Assembly: GCA_963717505.1 (NCBI GenBank)
Contig: OY970342.1
Span: 64,001 to 128,000, forward strand
From: Candidatus Eiseniibacteriota bacterium
GTDB taxonomy: Bacteria > Eisenbacteria > RBG-16-71-46
Length of the DNA stretch: 64,000 nt
Direction: 5' to 3'
Shown: piece after piece, positions 11,096-20,913 of the stretch
How positions within the stretch are numbered: position 1 is the stretch's first letter
How the letters are laid out: each line of letters begins with the position of its first letter
The notes under the pieces: generated by a model
What the model was told of the DNA's origin: nothing
What the model saw: only the letters and a program-made list of their open reading frames with translations
Database searches by the model: none
Translations under genes and position numbers: made by a program

Positions 11096-12214
11096 ATGCG
11101 AATCCGACCGTCACTCCTCGCATTGCTCGGCTGCGCGATGCTCTCCGGCTGCGGCGGTAGCGCAGCCGATCGGCGGAACACCGTGTGGCAAGCGCTGCCG
11201 ATGGGTACCGACGCCGAGTTCCAAGACGTGTGGTTCGCGGACACTTTGAACGGCTGGGCGGTGGGCGGCGCCTACGACATCGATGGCGGCCTGATCGGCA
11301 AGACCCGCGACGGCGGTCGGACCTGGACGTTCGCCAGCAAGTTCGTATCGCGCTGGCCGGGAGAATCGAGGTTCAGCTTCACCGGCGTTCAGTTCTTCGA
11401 CTCGCTGAGTGGATGCACGGTGGCGAGCGGCGGTCAGATCTTCCTGACCGACGACGGCGGCGAGACCTGGCGCCTCGCCCGGCACGGTGCGGGCGAGTCG
11501 CTGAGCGGGCTCCACTTCATCGACCGCTTCCGCGGTTGGGCGGTGGGTGGGACCGGTGTGCTCACGACCATCGACGGCGGCGAGAACTGGCACTGGGCGA
11601 TCCGCAGCAACTCGGAGAACGGTTACATCTCCGGGAACGCGGTTCATTTTCTCGACGGCAGCAACGGTTGGATGGCCACGCACCACAGCGGCGTCCTCAG
11701 GACCTCGGATGGAGGCACGATCTGGACCGCTGTGAAGTTGCCGTTGAGCCAGGGCGAGAACCCGAATCTCTTCGACGTCGAGTTCGTCGACTGGAATCAC
11801 GGCTGGGTGGTCGGTGAGAACGGGACCATCCTCGCCACGACTGACGCTGGCCAGACCTGGACGCGACAGAGCAACGGCATCCCGGCGCCGAAGCCGCGGC
11901 CGCTGCACATCGTGCGGCGCCAGAACGGCATCGATACCTTCGACATCGAGGGCCCACCGCCCGGACTGTTCCTGACCGCGGTGCGGTTCCTCGACGCCGA
12001 GCGCGGCTGGACCATCGGATTCTTCCCCACCGAAGGCCGATCGGTGGTTTTGCGCACCGACGATGGCGGCGCCACGTGGACCGAAGAAGGGGACGCGCCG
12101 GGCGAGGAGCTGCGTGGGCTCTTCGTCACTCCCGAAGGTCGTGCCTGGGCGGTGGGCGACCGGGTGCGCGAGGGAACTCAGGCGCTGCTGTTCCGCGCCC
12201 CGACTGCCCTCTAG
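11096..12214 (+). CDS. YCF48-like/BNR-repeat beta-propeller lipoprotein
   Basis: Lipobox LSGC; repeated F.D...GW.VG and T.DGG.TW motifs. Confidence 0.85.
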   Translation: MRIRPSLLALLGCAMLSGCGGSAADRRNTVWQALPMGTDAEFQDVWFADTLNGWAVGGAYDIDGGLIGKTRDGGRTWTFASKFVSRWPGESRFSFTGVQFFDSLSGCTVASGGQIFLTDDGGETWRLARHGAGESLSGLHFIDRFRGWAVGGTGVLTTIDGGENWHWAIRSNSENGYISGNAVHFLDGSNGWMATHHSGVLRTSDGGTIWTAVKLPLSQGENPNLFDVEFVDWNHGWVVGENGTILATTDAGQTWTRQSNGIPAPKPRPLHIVRRQNGIDTFDIEGPPPGLFLTAVRFLDAERGWTIGFFPTEGRSVVLRTDDGGATWTEEGDAPGEELRGLFVTPEGRAWAVGDRVREGTQALLFRAPTAL

Positions 12215-12957
12215 GCCCCGGAGCGCTGCGCGATGCGCAGCGATTCCACGGTCGCTCGTAGCGCGGGGAGCGCGTCCGGGCCCGCGGCACGATCGGTCAT
12301 GACCACGAGCAGGTAGCCGTCGTCGAGCACGAATCCGAAGGCGCGCGGATTACCGTGGTCGACTCGATTCCAGGTTTCAACCCACAGGCCCGGTCGACCG
12401 TCGACCTTCAGCGGCTCCTGTCGGGCAATGGCGCGTCGTTCGTCCTCGTCCAGGGCTCGCAGTCCGCTGGCGACAATGGCGTCGAGGGAACGTGGACGAA
12501 GGCCGTCAATGGCTTCGAATAGTCCGCGGAACCGAATCCGAACCTCAATGGTGTCGAGGTAGCTGGGCGTATCCGAAGCTTCGCGCCACGCGAGCCAGAA
12601 CTCCCGGCGATGGTCCGGCGCTTCGAAGTGCTCGGGAGACACAGGGATCATGCCCATTGCGGTGCGCCCTTCATCGGACTGGCCGCGAAGCCACAGCGTG
12701 AGTGCGCGCGTGACCTCGTGGCGGATGCCCTCGCGCCCCACCGCACCGAGATCCTGGGCTACTAGGGTGAATTCTTCACCGCGCATCAGGTGACGGCGGC
12801 CCTGATCGACATGCTGCCAGGGCTCGTCCGCCACCACCGTCACGCGATGGACACCGACTGTGAATTCCTGGCTCACCTGCGGTCTGGCGCCGCAGCCCAC
12901 AGCCAGCACTGAGGCAGCGCACAGCCCGAACATGAGTGTCGGAGGTCGGGATCGCAT
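12211..12957 (-). CDS. Hypothetical lipoprotein
   Basis: Lipobox AVGC; coding-like composition; start uncertain (12933/12957/12999). Confidence 0.55.
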   Translation of the reverse strand: MRSRPPTLMFGLCAASVLAVGCGARPQVSQEFTVGVHRVTVVADEPWQHVDQGRRHLMRGEEFTLVAQDLGAVGREGIRHEVTRALTLWLRGQSDEGRTAMGMIPVSPEHFEAPDHRREFWLAWREASDTPSYLDTIEVRIRFRGLFEAIDGLRPRSLDAIVASGLRALDEDERRAIARQEPLKVDGRPGLWVETWNRVDHGNPRAFGFVLDDGYLLVVMTDRAAGPDALPALRATVESLRIAQRSGA

Positions 12958-13058
12958 CGGACGGGTTATCGGCCCCCTCGCGAAGCGTTTGGAGCGCATG
13001 TCACGCGGGGTCAAGGCCTCGATTCGCGGCGCCGATACCGGGCATCGAGGACCTACCG

Positions 13059-13799
13059 ATGCCGCGCACTCCCCCATTCTCCATCTCGCGAACCGCCGTG
13101 GTCGCACTGCTCATCCTGGCGACCACCGGATGCAGCGCCGATCCCAAGAAGATCCGGCTGACCGACGCGCCTCCGGACGCCCAACTGGCGTCGCTTCGTC
13201 TCGCGAAGGGGCTGACCGTCGATGAGACGCGCCTCCTGTATGGCTACTTCGCGCGCATCCGGCTCGAGTCGGTCGAGGGCGTACCCCCGAACCTCTCGGG
13301 ACGCACCGTCGGCGAATTGATCGACGAGCAGCGGCGCTGGGAACAATCCCACGCCGACCTGATTGCCGAACGCCAGCGGCACGACTCGGACTGGCGGGCA
13401 CGCGCGAATCAGGTGGTGCGCGAGATGGAAACCGCACTCTCGGTACGCATCGTCGACATCCGCGATCCCGATGCGACCGAAGCCACCCACGGCTCACAAC
13501 GCAGCGTCATCGTGCGCCTGGCGATCGAGAACGTCGGCAATCGCACGATCATCGAGGTCGAGGGCGCAGTGCGCTTCAGCGATGTCTACGGTCGCGACCT
13601 ATTCGACGGCACGGTCGTCCTTCGCGAGCCGCTGCCTCCCGGCGAGGCGGTCGAACGCGTCCTGCTTGTGGACTGCGTCCCGTTCATGGACCAGGAAACA
13701 CATGTTCGGCAGGTCCGGCTAGCCGACACCCGAGCGGCCTGGGAGCCGCGCCTGATCCGGTTCGAAGACGGCGGCGTGCTGGCAATGTCCGACGAGTAG
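13059..13799 (+). CDS. Hypothetical lipoprotein
   Basis: GAGG RBS; VVALLILATTGC; helical N-terminal part and beta-rich C-terminal part. Confidence 0.65.
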   Translation: MPRTPPFSISRTAVVALLILATTGCSADPKKIRLTDAPPDAQLASLRLAKGLTVDETRLLYGYFARIRLESVEGVPPNLSGRTVGELIDEQRRWEQSHADLIAERQRHDSDWRARANQVVREMETALSVRIVDIRDPDATEATHGSQRSVIVRLAIENVGNRTIIEVEGAVRFSDVYGRDLFDGTVVLREPLPPGEAVERVLLVDCVPFMDQETHVRQVRLADTRAAWEPRLIRFEDGGVLAMSDE

Positions 13800-13842
13800 G
13801 GCGCTGCTCGATCGTTCGAACCGCGGCTTCGGCCCGCGTAAG

Positions 13843-14613
13843 CTAGTTCGGCGCGCGGTACGCCAACCCCACTCCGATGAACCAGTCTCTCGCGGCCTCC
13901 GTGAGCCCGATCCCGCCATGGATGTCCATCTGCGCATTGCCGGTCAGCAGATAGGTGTACCCGTGGTGCAGCGTGTGCGCCGACTCTCCGGAGGACTGCG
14001 GGAACTGGGCAGCCCATTCGAGGAAGGTGCCGGTTCGCTGGTCGAGGCGGGCCCCAGCCGAGGCGGTCGCGAGCACCGAATCGTCGCCCTCGCCGTCGAT
14101 GCCGCCCCACACCGGCCCCAGGATTCCCGACAGATTCCAGCGTTCATTCCAGTTGTGCGCCCAGGTGAAGATCAGGCCGAACGCAGCGTCGGCATCGGCG
14201 TCCTCGATCGTGGTCTCGATCTGGTCCCATTCGAACGTGGGAATCACCGAGGCGCCCCACGCGGCATCCTCGGGAGCGATCTGGATCTTGGCCCCAACGT
14301 GAAACAGGCCGCTGTTCTCGCCCTTGCCGTCGGCGCTCTCCCACGAGTGGTTGTAACCGACTCGCGCCTCGGTTCGGGGCAGCAGGCCGAAGCGCACCAT
14401 CAGCTCCGGGCCGCGCCTTCCGGAGATCCCGTCGGCCTGATCGAACAAGGCGCCGGTCTCGAGCTGAAGCTTGCCGCGAGGAATCGCCAGGCTGGTCTCG
14501 GTGAACTGGGGTCGGTCGGTGGCCAGCGCTTCCTGGGCCCGCGCATCGGGCGTGACCACGATCAACACGGCGCACGACACCGCGCAGCTCGTCGCAAGAC
14601 GGATCCACCTCAT
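13843..14613 (-). CDS. Outer-membrane 'transporter' (MetA-pathway of phenol degradation-like) beta-barrel
   Basis: Signal peptide; TDRP.FTE...P.G..QLETG; C-terminal FIGVGLAYR. Confidence 0.75.
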   Translation of the reverse strand: MRWIRLATSCAVSCAVLIVVTPDARAQEALATDRPQFTETSLAIPRGKLQLETGALFDQADGISGRRGPELMVRFGLLPRTEARVGYNHSWESADGKGENSGLFHVGAKIQIAPEDAAWGASVIPTFEWDQIETTIEDADADAAFGLIFTWAHNWNERWNLSGILGPVWGGIDGEGDDSVLATASAGARLDQRTGTFLEWAAQFPQSSGESAHTLHHGYTYLLTGNAQMDIHGGIGLTEAARDWFIGVGLAYRAPN

Positions 14614-15278
14614 CGCTTCTCCTCCACGTACGGCGCCAGCTCGCGTTGGATCACGTCACCCAACGCGCTCAAGTGCCGATCGAAGAAATGTCCGGCGCCT
14701 TCCACCCGTACGAGCTTCTTCGGCTCCGCCCAGCGCGCGTACTCGACCTCGAGGGCGGCCGGACTGCAGACCTCATCCGCGGTTCCCTGGATGACCAGCT
14801 TGGGCACCGCCGCACTGCGCAGCACGCCAAGGTCCGCGCGCTCGACCGGCGGCGCGATCAGCACGACGCGTTCGATCACCGGTTCGGCCGCGGCCAGGTG
14901 CGCGGCGATGCCCGAACCGAACGAGAACCCGGCGAGCCAGCGGCGCGCGCCCCGGTAGCGCGCTTCCAGCCATCGCAGGGCCGCGCGCGCATCCTCGACC
15001 TCGCCGGCGCCGCCATCGTGTCGCCCCGCGCTCCGGCCCACCCCACGGAAGTTGAACCGCAGGGCGACGCACCCGAGTTGGTGGAGGATGGTCGCGGTGC
15101 GATGCACGACCTTGTTGTGCATCGTCCCGCCGTAGAGCGGGTGTGGGTGGCAGACCAGGGCGGTCACCTGGATCGATTGCCCGTCGGCGCACTCCTGGAG
15201 CAGTCCCTCGAGATTGCCGGCCGGTCCGGGGATATCGACCTGGACGAGCCGCGCTGCCGCCGAGCGCGGCGCACTCAC
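14610..15278 (-). CDS. Alpha/beta fold hydrolase
   Basis: GPAGNLE, CHPHPLYGGTMHNKVV, RFNFRGVG, GFSFG nucleophile elbow, HFF; GTGA overlap with the upstream gene. Confidence 0.92.
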   Translation of the reverse strand: MSAPRSAAARLVQVDIPGPAGNLEGLLQECADGQSIQVTALVCHPHPLYGGTMHNKVVHRTATILHQLGCVALRFNFRGVGRSAGRHDGGAGEVEDARAALRWLEARYRGARRWLAGFSFGSGIAAHLAAAEPVIERVVLIAPPVERADLGVLRSAAVPKLVIQGTADEVCSPAALEVEYARWAEPKKLVRVEGAGHFFDRHLSALGDVIQRELAPYVEEKR

Positions 15279-15760
15279 GCGCGGACCGGGCGGAATTGCG
15301 CCTGGAGTTTCGCGCTCAGATCGAGATCGAGGGTCGCGAAGTTCAGTCGATCGCCGTCGCCCAGCGCGAGTATGCAGCCAACGTCGACCATCCACTCCTC
15401 GAGGCCGAGGGGCGTGACCACCTCGAACTGCGAGATGTCGCGTGTGATCCGCCCGGGGAACGTCTCGAATTCCTCGTTCCACTCCGAGCACAGGTACAAC
15501 TCGTCGCCGCCTTCGAGCATGCCGATCGAGATGAAGTGGTCCAGCTCGCCGGGTGGCAACAGGATGACGCCGCGGTGTCGCTCCGAACGGATGCCTTCGG
15601 CGCGCATCCGCCGGCGTACCTCGGGCCACAGGGCCGGACGTTCGTTGCCGTTGAGCACGGGGATCGCGGCCAACTCGAAATGCGGCACGAGATCGAGGCC
15701 GGCGTCCATGACGTCGGCGATCGTTGCCTGGAGGCATCCGTATTGGAGGCGATGAATCAC
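15275..15760 (-). CDS. Hypothetical protein, probably leaderless
   Basis: Coding-like ORF coupled to the hydrolase; TACAAT 7 nt before GTG 15760. The ORF-track ATG at 15769 overlaps the -10. Confidence 0.65.
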   Translation of the reverse strand: MIHRLQYGCLQATIADVMDAGLDLVPHFELAAIPVLNGNERPALWPEVRRRMRAEGIRSERHRGVILLPPGELDHFISIGMLEGGDELYLCSEWNEEFETFPGRITRDISQFEVVTPLGLEEWMVDVGCILALGDGDRLNFATLDLDLSAKLQAQFRPVRA

Positions 15761-15930
15761 GCCGGGCATTGTAGGAAACGACCGAGACCGGGGCCAACCC
15801 CCTTATTGAGGTCGCGGGTCGGGTTCGGCGTGCCGGCGCCCAGAAACGTTTCCAGCAGCCGGTGCCGGCGGACAATCAGGACCGCCTGCCGGCGTCCCTC
15901 TGGGATGAACCGGGTGCTCGGGTTTCGAGC

Positions 15931-15959
15931 TTGCCCTGTGACTTAGTTTTGACTAACTT
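15931..15959 (+). promoter_or_regulatory. Sigma70 promoter TTGCCC-N17-TAACTT overlapped by palindrome TTAGT-TTTG-ACTAA (DtxR/IdeR/MntR-type box)
   Basis: AT-rich island in GC-rich DNA; TTAG-N6-CTAA at 15943-15956. Confidence 0.6.
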
Positions 15960-16067
15960 CCCAGTTCGTCAAGACTCATTTGCCGCGGGTCATGGCACGG
16001 GCATCGGCAGGACCTCAACCGAAGATCACACGGCCGTTCGATTCGAGTCCGGCGTGAAGGAGTCGTC

Positions 16068-17345
16068 ATGAATCGGCAACGCAGTGTCGGTGGTCGAGGT
16101 GCCGGCGTTATCGGCCTCGGCGCTGCCGCGGTCTCGCGGCGTGCCGTGCTCCGAGCCTCGTTCCTCGGGTGGTTCGTCGTCGCATCGAGCGCCGGCTGCG
16201 GACTGTTGACCACGGCACCCGACGACGGCGATTTGTTCGATGCGCCGCTCGACGGCCTCTCGCCCGCCGAGCAGGCGGCGTTCGCGGAGGGCGATGCCCA
16301 GTTCGGCAACGCTTTCGCGATCACGAATGGCCTCGGGCCGATCTTCAACAATGTGTCGTGCGCGTCGTGCCACAGTGGCGACGGTCGCGGGCGCCCCGAG
16401 AACGTGCTCACGCGTTTCAGTGTCGCGGGCGATCCGTCGCCGAACCTGGGCGGGCCGCAGATCCAGGATCGCGCGATCCCGGGGGCCGAAGTCGAGAGCT
16501 TGCCCGCGGGTGCCGAGGTCTCACGCCGCCTGCCGCCGCCGGTGTTCGGGGTGGGGCTGATCGAAGCGATCCCGGCCGACAGCATTCTCATCCGCGTGGA
16601 TGTCGCGGACAGCGACGGTGATGGCATTTCGGGCCGCGCGAACATGGTGACACCGGCGGAGTTCGTTCCGGCCCACGAACCGGGCGGCGGCCCGGGTCCG
16701 GTCCTTGGACGCTTCAGCCGAAAGGCCCAGGTTTCGAGTCTGCTCCAGCAAACGGCCGAGGCCTACCACCAGGACATCGGGATCACCACCGACTTCCTGT
16801 CGGTCGAGAACGTGAATCCACTGGCTTCGAGCGCCACCCAGGCTGCCGATCACGTCGCCGACCCCGAGCTGCCGGCGTCGGTGGTTCGATCGGTGGTCGC
16901 CTACCTGCGCCTGCTGGCTCCGCCCGCGCCGGGCGAGCCGACCGAAAGTCGCGAGCGTGGCCGGCAGGTTTTCGGGGCCGTCCAGTGCGCGAGCTGCCAC
17001 GTGCCGACGCTGCGGACCGCCGCGCACGCGACACCGGCGCTCGCGCGCCGCGACGTAGCGCTCTACTCCGATCTGCTGCTGCACGACATGGGTTCGGGGC
17101 TCGCCGACTACCGCACCGACGGTGACGCGAGCGGCACCGAATGGCGAACGGCCCCGTTGTGGGGCATGAGGATCATGCGCGACTTCCTGAACGGCGAGGC
17201 GTTCCTGTTGCACGACGGCCGTGCGCGCTCGGTCGAGGAAGCGATCCTGATGCACGGCGGCGAAGCGCAGGCGGCGCGCGACGCGTTCGCGGCGCTCTCG
17301 GCCGAAGACCGGGCCGCGCTGCTCGACTTCGTGGAGTCGCGATGA
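16068..17345 (+). CDS. Di-heme oxidoreductase family (DHOR/DUF1111) c-type cytochrome
   Basis: GLGP.FN..SCASCH, second CASCH, YSDLLLHDMG, WRTAPLWG, LLHDGRA. Confidence 0.92.
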   Translation: MNRQRSVGGRGAGVIGLGAAAVSRRAVLRASFLGWFVVASSAGCGLLTTAPDDGDLFDAPLDGLSPAEQAAFAEGDAQFGNAFAITNGLGPIFNNVSCASCHSGDGRGRPENVLTRFSVAGDPSPNLGGPQIQDRAIPGAEVESLPAGAEVSRRLPPPVFGVGLIEAIPADSILIRVDVADSDGDGISGRANMVTPAEFVPAHEPGGGPGPVLGRFSRKAQVSSLLQQTAEAYHQDIGITTDFLSVENVNPLASSATQAADHVADPELPASVVRSVVAYLRLLAPPAPGEPTESRERGRQVFGAVQCASCHVPTLRTAAHATPALARRDVALYSDLLLHDMGSGLADYRTDGDASGTEWRTAPLWGMRIMRDFLNGEAFLLHDGRARSVEEAILMHGGEAQAARDAFAALSAEDRAALLDFVESR

Positions 17346-18529
17346 GCGCGATCGCACGAGCGGCGGCCTGCGCGGGCGCGATTCTGATCGGGCTCGCCTG
17401 CGCCACCCGCGCCTCGGCCCAGGCGACGGCGGATACGGTCGCCGCTCGGCCGTTCGTGGCCGGCGGCTCGGACGACAAGCCCTTCCTGCACGGCATCTAT
17501 GGAGTCGTCCGGCTCGGCGGATACGTGGAGGCTGCGTCGGAATGGGAGCGCGAGGACGGCGTGACCTCGGAGTTCGGCACCGAACTGACCCGGATGAACC
17601 TCATGGTCTCGACCACGCTGCGCGGGCGGGTGAACTTCTTCGCCGAGATCGAGTTCGAGGAAGCGGGCGAAGAGATCGTGGTCGAGATGGCGCAGCTCGA
17701 TCTCTATCTGCACCCCGCATTCAACCCGCGCGCAGGCATGCTGCTGCTGCCGCTCGGTCGCTACAACCTCGCGCACGATGGGCCACGCAACGAGCTGCCG
17801 TCGCGCCCGCTCGAGGCGGAGCTGCTGCTCGGCGTCGCGCTCGCCCACCCCGGGCTCGGGATGTATGGACGCTTCGATCGCGAGAGCGGTGCGCGCTTCA
17901 CCTACGAGGCGTACGCGGTCAATGGTTACCAGGATCAGCTGCTGCTCGACTCACCCGACGGCACGCGCCTGCCCGCGGGAAAAAGCAATCCCGAAGACGC
18001 CAATCACTCGCCGGCCTTGGTCGGCCGCGTCGAGTGGAGCCATCGACCGCGCTCGACCCTGGGTCTTTCCGGGTATCACGGGGCCTACAACGTCAGCACG
18101 CTCGAAGGCCTCGAAGTCGATGAGCGCCGCGACGTCTCGGTCGGCGTGCTCGACTTGGAGCAGCCGATCGGTCCGATCGTCGTCAGCGGCGAAGGCGCGG
18201 TGGTCGAAGTCGACCTTCCGCCCACGCTCGACGGGCTGTTCGCCCGCCGGCAGACGGGCGCCTACCTCCAGCTCGCCTGGCCGTTCGGCCGCCAATGGGT
18301 GGCCTCGATGTCCGATTCGTGGTTCACGCTGGCGGCGCGCGTTGATGGTGTCGACTTCGACCGCGACCTCGCGGGCGACTCCATGCGCAGCCTGACGCTG
18401 GGCGCCAACTTCCGCCCCGTGCGCGAGGCCGCTTTCAAGCTCGCCTTCGAGCGCGGTGAAGCCCGCGATCGCTTCAACAACCTGGCGGCGTTCGCCCGCA
18501 TCCAGCTCGGTATCGCCTCCTACTTCTAG
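17342..18529 (+). CDS. Outer-membrane porin-like beta-barrel protein
   Basis: Signal peptide; GGYVE, FFAEIEFE, PLGRYNL.HD; C-terminal LGIASYF; ATGA-coupled to DHOR. Confidence 0.7.
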   Translation: MSAIARAAACAGAILIGLACATRASAQATADTVAARPFVAGGSDDKPFLHGIYGVVRLGGYVEAASEWEREDGVTSEFGTELTRMNLMVSTTLRGRVNFFAEIEFEEAGEEIVVEMAQLDLYLHPAFNPRAGMLLLPLGRYNLAHDGPRNELPSRPLEAELLLGVALAHPGLGMYGRFDRESGARFTYEAYAVNGYQDQLLLDSPDGTRLPAGKSNPEDANHSPALVGRVEWSHRPRSTLGLSGYHGAYNVSTLEGLEVDERRDVSVGVLDLEQPIGPIVVSGEGAVVEVDLPPTLDGLFARRQTGAYLQLAWPFGRQWVASMSDSWFTLAARVDGVDFDRDLAGDSMRSLTLGANFRPVREAAFKLAFERGEARDRFNNLAAFARIQLGIASYF

Positions 18530-18605
18530 GGAGCAGCGGGCGGTTCGTATCTCTGCGGGCCGGCTCGATCGGGTCGGGTGAATCCGGGAGACCAGGCCGG
18601 ATTCA

Positions 18606-18634
18606 TTGCTCCTGAACGAGCCGTTCGGTAGGCT
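18606..18634 (+). promoter_or_regulatory. Putative sigma70 promoter TTGCTC-N17-TAGGCT for the 2-oxoacid dehydrogenase operon
   Basis: 17-bp spacer; preceded by inverted repeat TGAATCCGG...CCGGATTCA. Confidence 0.45.
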
Positions 18635-18664
18635 CCCGAGTCCTCACCCTCCGGAGAACCCCCG

Positions 18665-19639
18665 ATGCCGCAAATGACGATGGTCCAGGCGATCCAGGAC
18701 GCCCTGCGCATCGCGTTGAAGAGCGACCCGCGCGTCGTCCTGCTCGGCGAAGACATCGGCCCGAACGGCGGCGTGTTCCGCGTGACCGAAGGCCTGCAGG
18801 CAGAGTTCGGCGCAGATCGCGTCGCCGACACCCCGCTCGCCGAGAATGGCATCGTCGGCGGCGCGATCGGCATGGCGCTCTACGGCATGCGCCCGATCGC
18901 CGAGATCCAGTTCGTCGACTTCATCTACCCGGCGTTCGATCAGATCGTTTCTGAGCTGGCCAAGATGCGCTGGCGATCGGCGGGTCAGTATTCGTGTCCG
19001 GTGATCGTGCGCGCGCCGTATGGCGGCGGCATTCGCGGGGGTCTCTATCACTCGCAGAGCCCCGAAGCCTACTTCTGTCACACGGCCGGACTCACCGTGG
19101 TGATTCCGGCGAGCCCGTCGGACGCCAAGGGTTTGTTGCTCGCGGCGCTCGCCGGCGAGGACCCGGTGATCTTCCTCGAGCCCAAGCGGCTGTACCGGAG
19201 CGTCAAGGAAGACGTGGCCGACGGCCACTACACGGTGCCGATCGGCAAGGCGCGCGTCGCACGCGCCGGCACGCAGTGCACGGTGCTCGCCTACGGGGCC
19301 ATGGTGCCGGTCGCGGTCGAAGCCGCCGACAAGGCCGCCGAGCGCGGCTGGTCGATCGAGGTGATCGATTTGCGCACGCTGGTGCCGCTCGACAGTGAAG
19401 CGGTGCTGGCCAGCGTCCAGAAGACCGGGCGCGCGGTGATCCTGCACGAAGCGCCGCGCACCTGCGGCTATGGCGCCGAACTGGCGGCGCTGATCGCCGA
19501 GCGCGCGCTGACCTCGCTCCAGGCGCCGATCCTGCGCGTCACGGGTTACGACACGCCGTTCCCCTACACGCTCGAGCACACGTATCTGCCCGACGCGCCG
19601 CGCGTCGAGCGTGCGCTCGAGCACGTCATGGCCTACTGA
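18665..19639 (+). CDS. 2-oxoacid (branched-chain/pyruvate) dehydrogenase E1 beta subunit
   Basis: GEDIG.NGGVFRVT.GL, DTPLAE, EIQFVDF, HSQSPE, IDLRTL.PLD. Confidence 0.97.
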   Translation: MPQMTMVQAIQDALRIALKSDPRVVLLGEDIGPNGGVFRVTEGLQAEFGADRVADTPLAENGIVGGAIGMALYGMRPIAEIQFVDFIYPAFDQIVSELAKMRWRSAGQYSCPVIVRAPYGGGIRGGLYHSQSPEAYFCHTAGLTVVIPASPSDAKGLLLAALAGEDPVIFLEPKRLYRSVKEDVADGHYTVPIGKARVARAGTQCTVLAYGAMVPVAVEAADKAAERGWSIEVIDLRTLVPLDSEAVLASVQKTGRAVILHEAPRTCGYGAELAALIAERALTSLQAPILRVTGYDTPFPYTLEHTYLPDAPRVERALEHVMAY

Positions 19640-20913
19640 TGGCCTACGACCTGAAACTCCCCGACATCGGCGAAGGCGTGGCCGAGGGCGAGATCGTGCG
19701 CTGGCTGGTGAAGCAAGGCGACAAGGTCGTCGAGGATCAGCCGCTGGTCGAGGTCATGACCGACAAGGCGAGTGTCGAGATTCCGTCGCCGCGCACCGGC
19801 ACGGTGGCGGCGATTCTCGTCGCGGAAGGCCAGATGGTTCCGGTCGGCACGGTGATCATCTCGATCGCTGAAGAAACTGGCGCCGGCGCTGGCGCCGGGG
19901 GCGACGATGGGTCGACGGCGGCGGCGGGACCCGGTCGCTCCGCGGGCCCACGCACGAATGCGCCGGGTGTTGCCGACGAGGGGGCCCGCTCCGCTACAGC
20001 CCACCTTGCCGTCGACCCATCGTCGCCCCCGGCACCGGCAAGGTCGGTCCAGGCGACGCCCGCAGTCCGGAATCTCGCGAAGCAACTGAACGTCGCGCTG
20101 GAGACCATCAAAGGCTCGGGCCCCGGCGGAATCATCACCGCAGACGACGTGAAGAGCGCCGCCAAAGTCAGCGCTTCTGCTCCTAATACGGCTAAGCAAG
20201 ACGAACCCGAGGAGCGGATCGCGCTGCGCGGGCTGCGCCGCAAGATCGCCGAGCACATGCGCCGGTCGGTCTCGACTGCGGCCACGTTCACGTTCGTCGC
20301 CGAGTGTGACTGGACGCCGATCCTCGAGCACCGTCAGAAGGTTCGCGCCCAGCTCGAGAAGTCGGGCCTCAAGCTGACGTTCCTGCCGTACGTTTTCCGC
20401 GCGGTGATCGAACCGCTCAGGCAATTCCCGTTGCTCAACGCCTCGCTCGACGACGCGCGCCAGGAGATCGTGCTGCGCCGCTACTACCACCTGGGGCTCG
20501 CGACCAACACCGACGAGGGGCTTACGGTGCCCATCCTCCACCACGCGGACCGGCTGGGTTTGTTCGCCATCGCGCGCGAAATCGAACGACTGGCGAGTGC
20601 CGCGCGCGGTCACAAGCTCAAGGTCGAAGAGCTGCAGGGCGGCACCTTCACGATCACCAGCACCGGTGCTCGCGGCGGCGTGCTGGCGACTCCGATCCTC
20701 CACCACCCTCAGGTCGCGATTCTCGGTGTTCACGAGGTGAAGCCCAAGCCCGCAGTGATCGAGAATCAGATCGTGATTCGAAGTCTCGGCAATCTGTCGC
20801 TGTCGCTGGACCACCGCGTGGTGGATGGCGCCGTCGGCGCCGACTTCCTCTACGCACTCATCGAACGGCTGCAAAGCCCCGACGGCTGGCTCACACCAGG
20901 AGACCTGCAATGA
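19639..20913 (+). CDS. Dihydrolipoamide acyltransferase (E2)
   Basis: Lipoyl domain LPDIGEG...VMTDKA; E3-binding ATPAVR..A...GSGPGG; catalytic DHRVVDG. Confidence 0.97.
   Translation: MAYDLKLPDIGEGVAEGEIVRWLVKQGDKVVEDQPLVEVMTDKASVEIPSPRTGTVAAILVAEGQMVPVGTVIISIAEETGAGAGAGGDDGSTAAAGPGRSAGPRTNAPGVADEGARSATAHLAVDPSSPPAPARSVQATPAVRNLAKQLNVALETIKGSGPGGIITADDVKSAAKVSASAPNTAKQDEPEERIALRGLRRKIAEHMRRSVSTAATFTFVAECDWTPILEHRQKVRAQLEKSGLKLTFLPYVFRAVIEPLRQFPLLNASLDDARQEIVLRRYYHLGLATNTDEGLTVPILHHADRLGLFAIAREIERLASAARGHKLKVEELQGGTFTITSTGARGGVLATPILHHPQVAILGVHEVKPKPAVIENQIVIRSLGNLSLSLDHRVVDGAVGADFLYALIERLQSPDGWLTPGDLQ

Noticed and set aside
15993-16009. TGGCACG sigma54-like -24 element (similar case at 54403-54415)
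   Set aside because: The GC dinucleotide is not at the required GG-N10-GC spacing
16028-16056. tRNA T-loop-like GTTCGATTC/TTCGAGTCC
   Set aside because: No cloverleaf, D arm or acceptor stem
16128-16200. Tat-like SRRAVL in the DHOR signal region
   Set aside because: c-type cytochromes are normally Sec substrates, the motif lacks the FLK part, and RR is common in GC-rich genes
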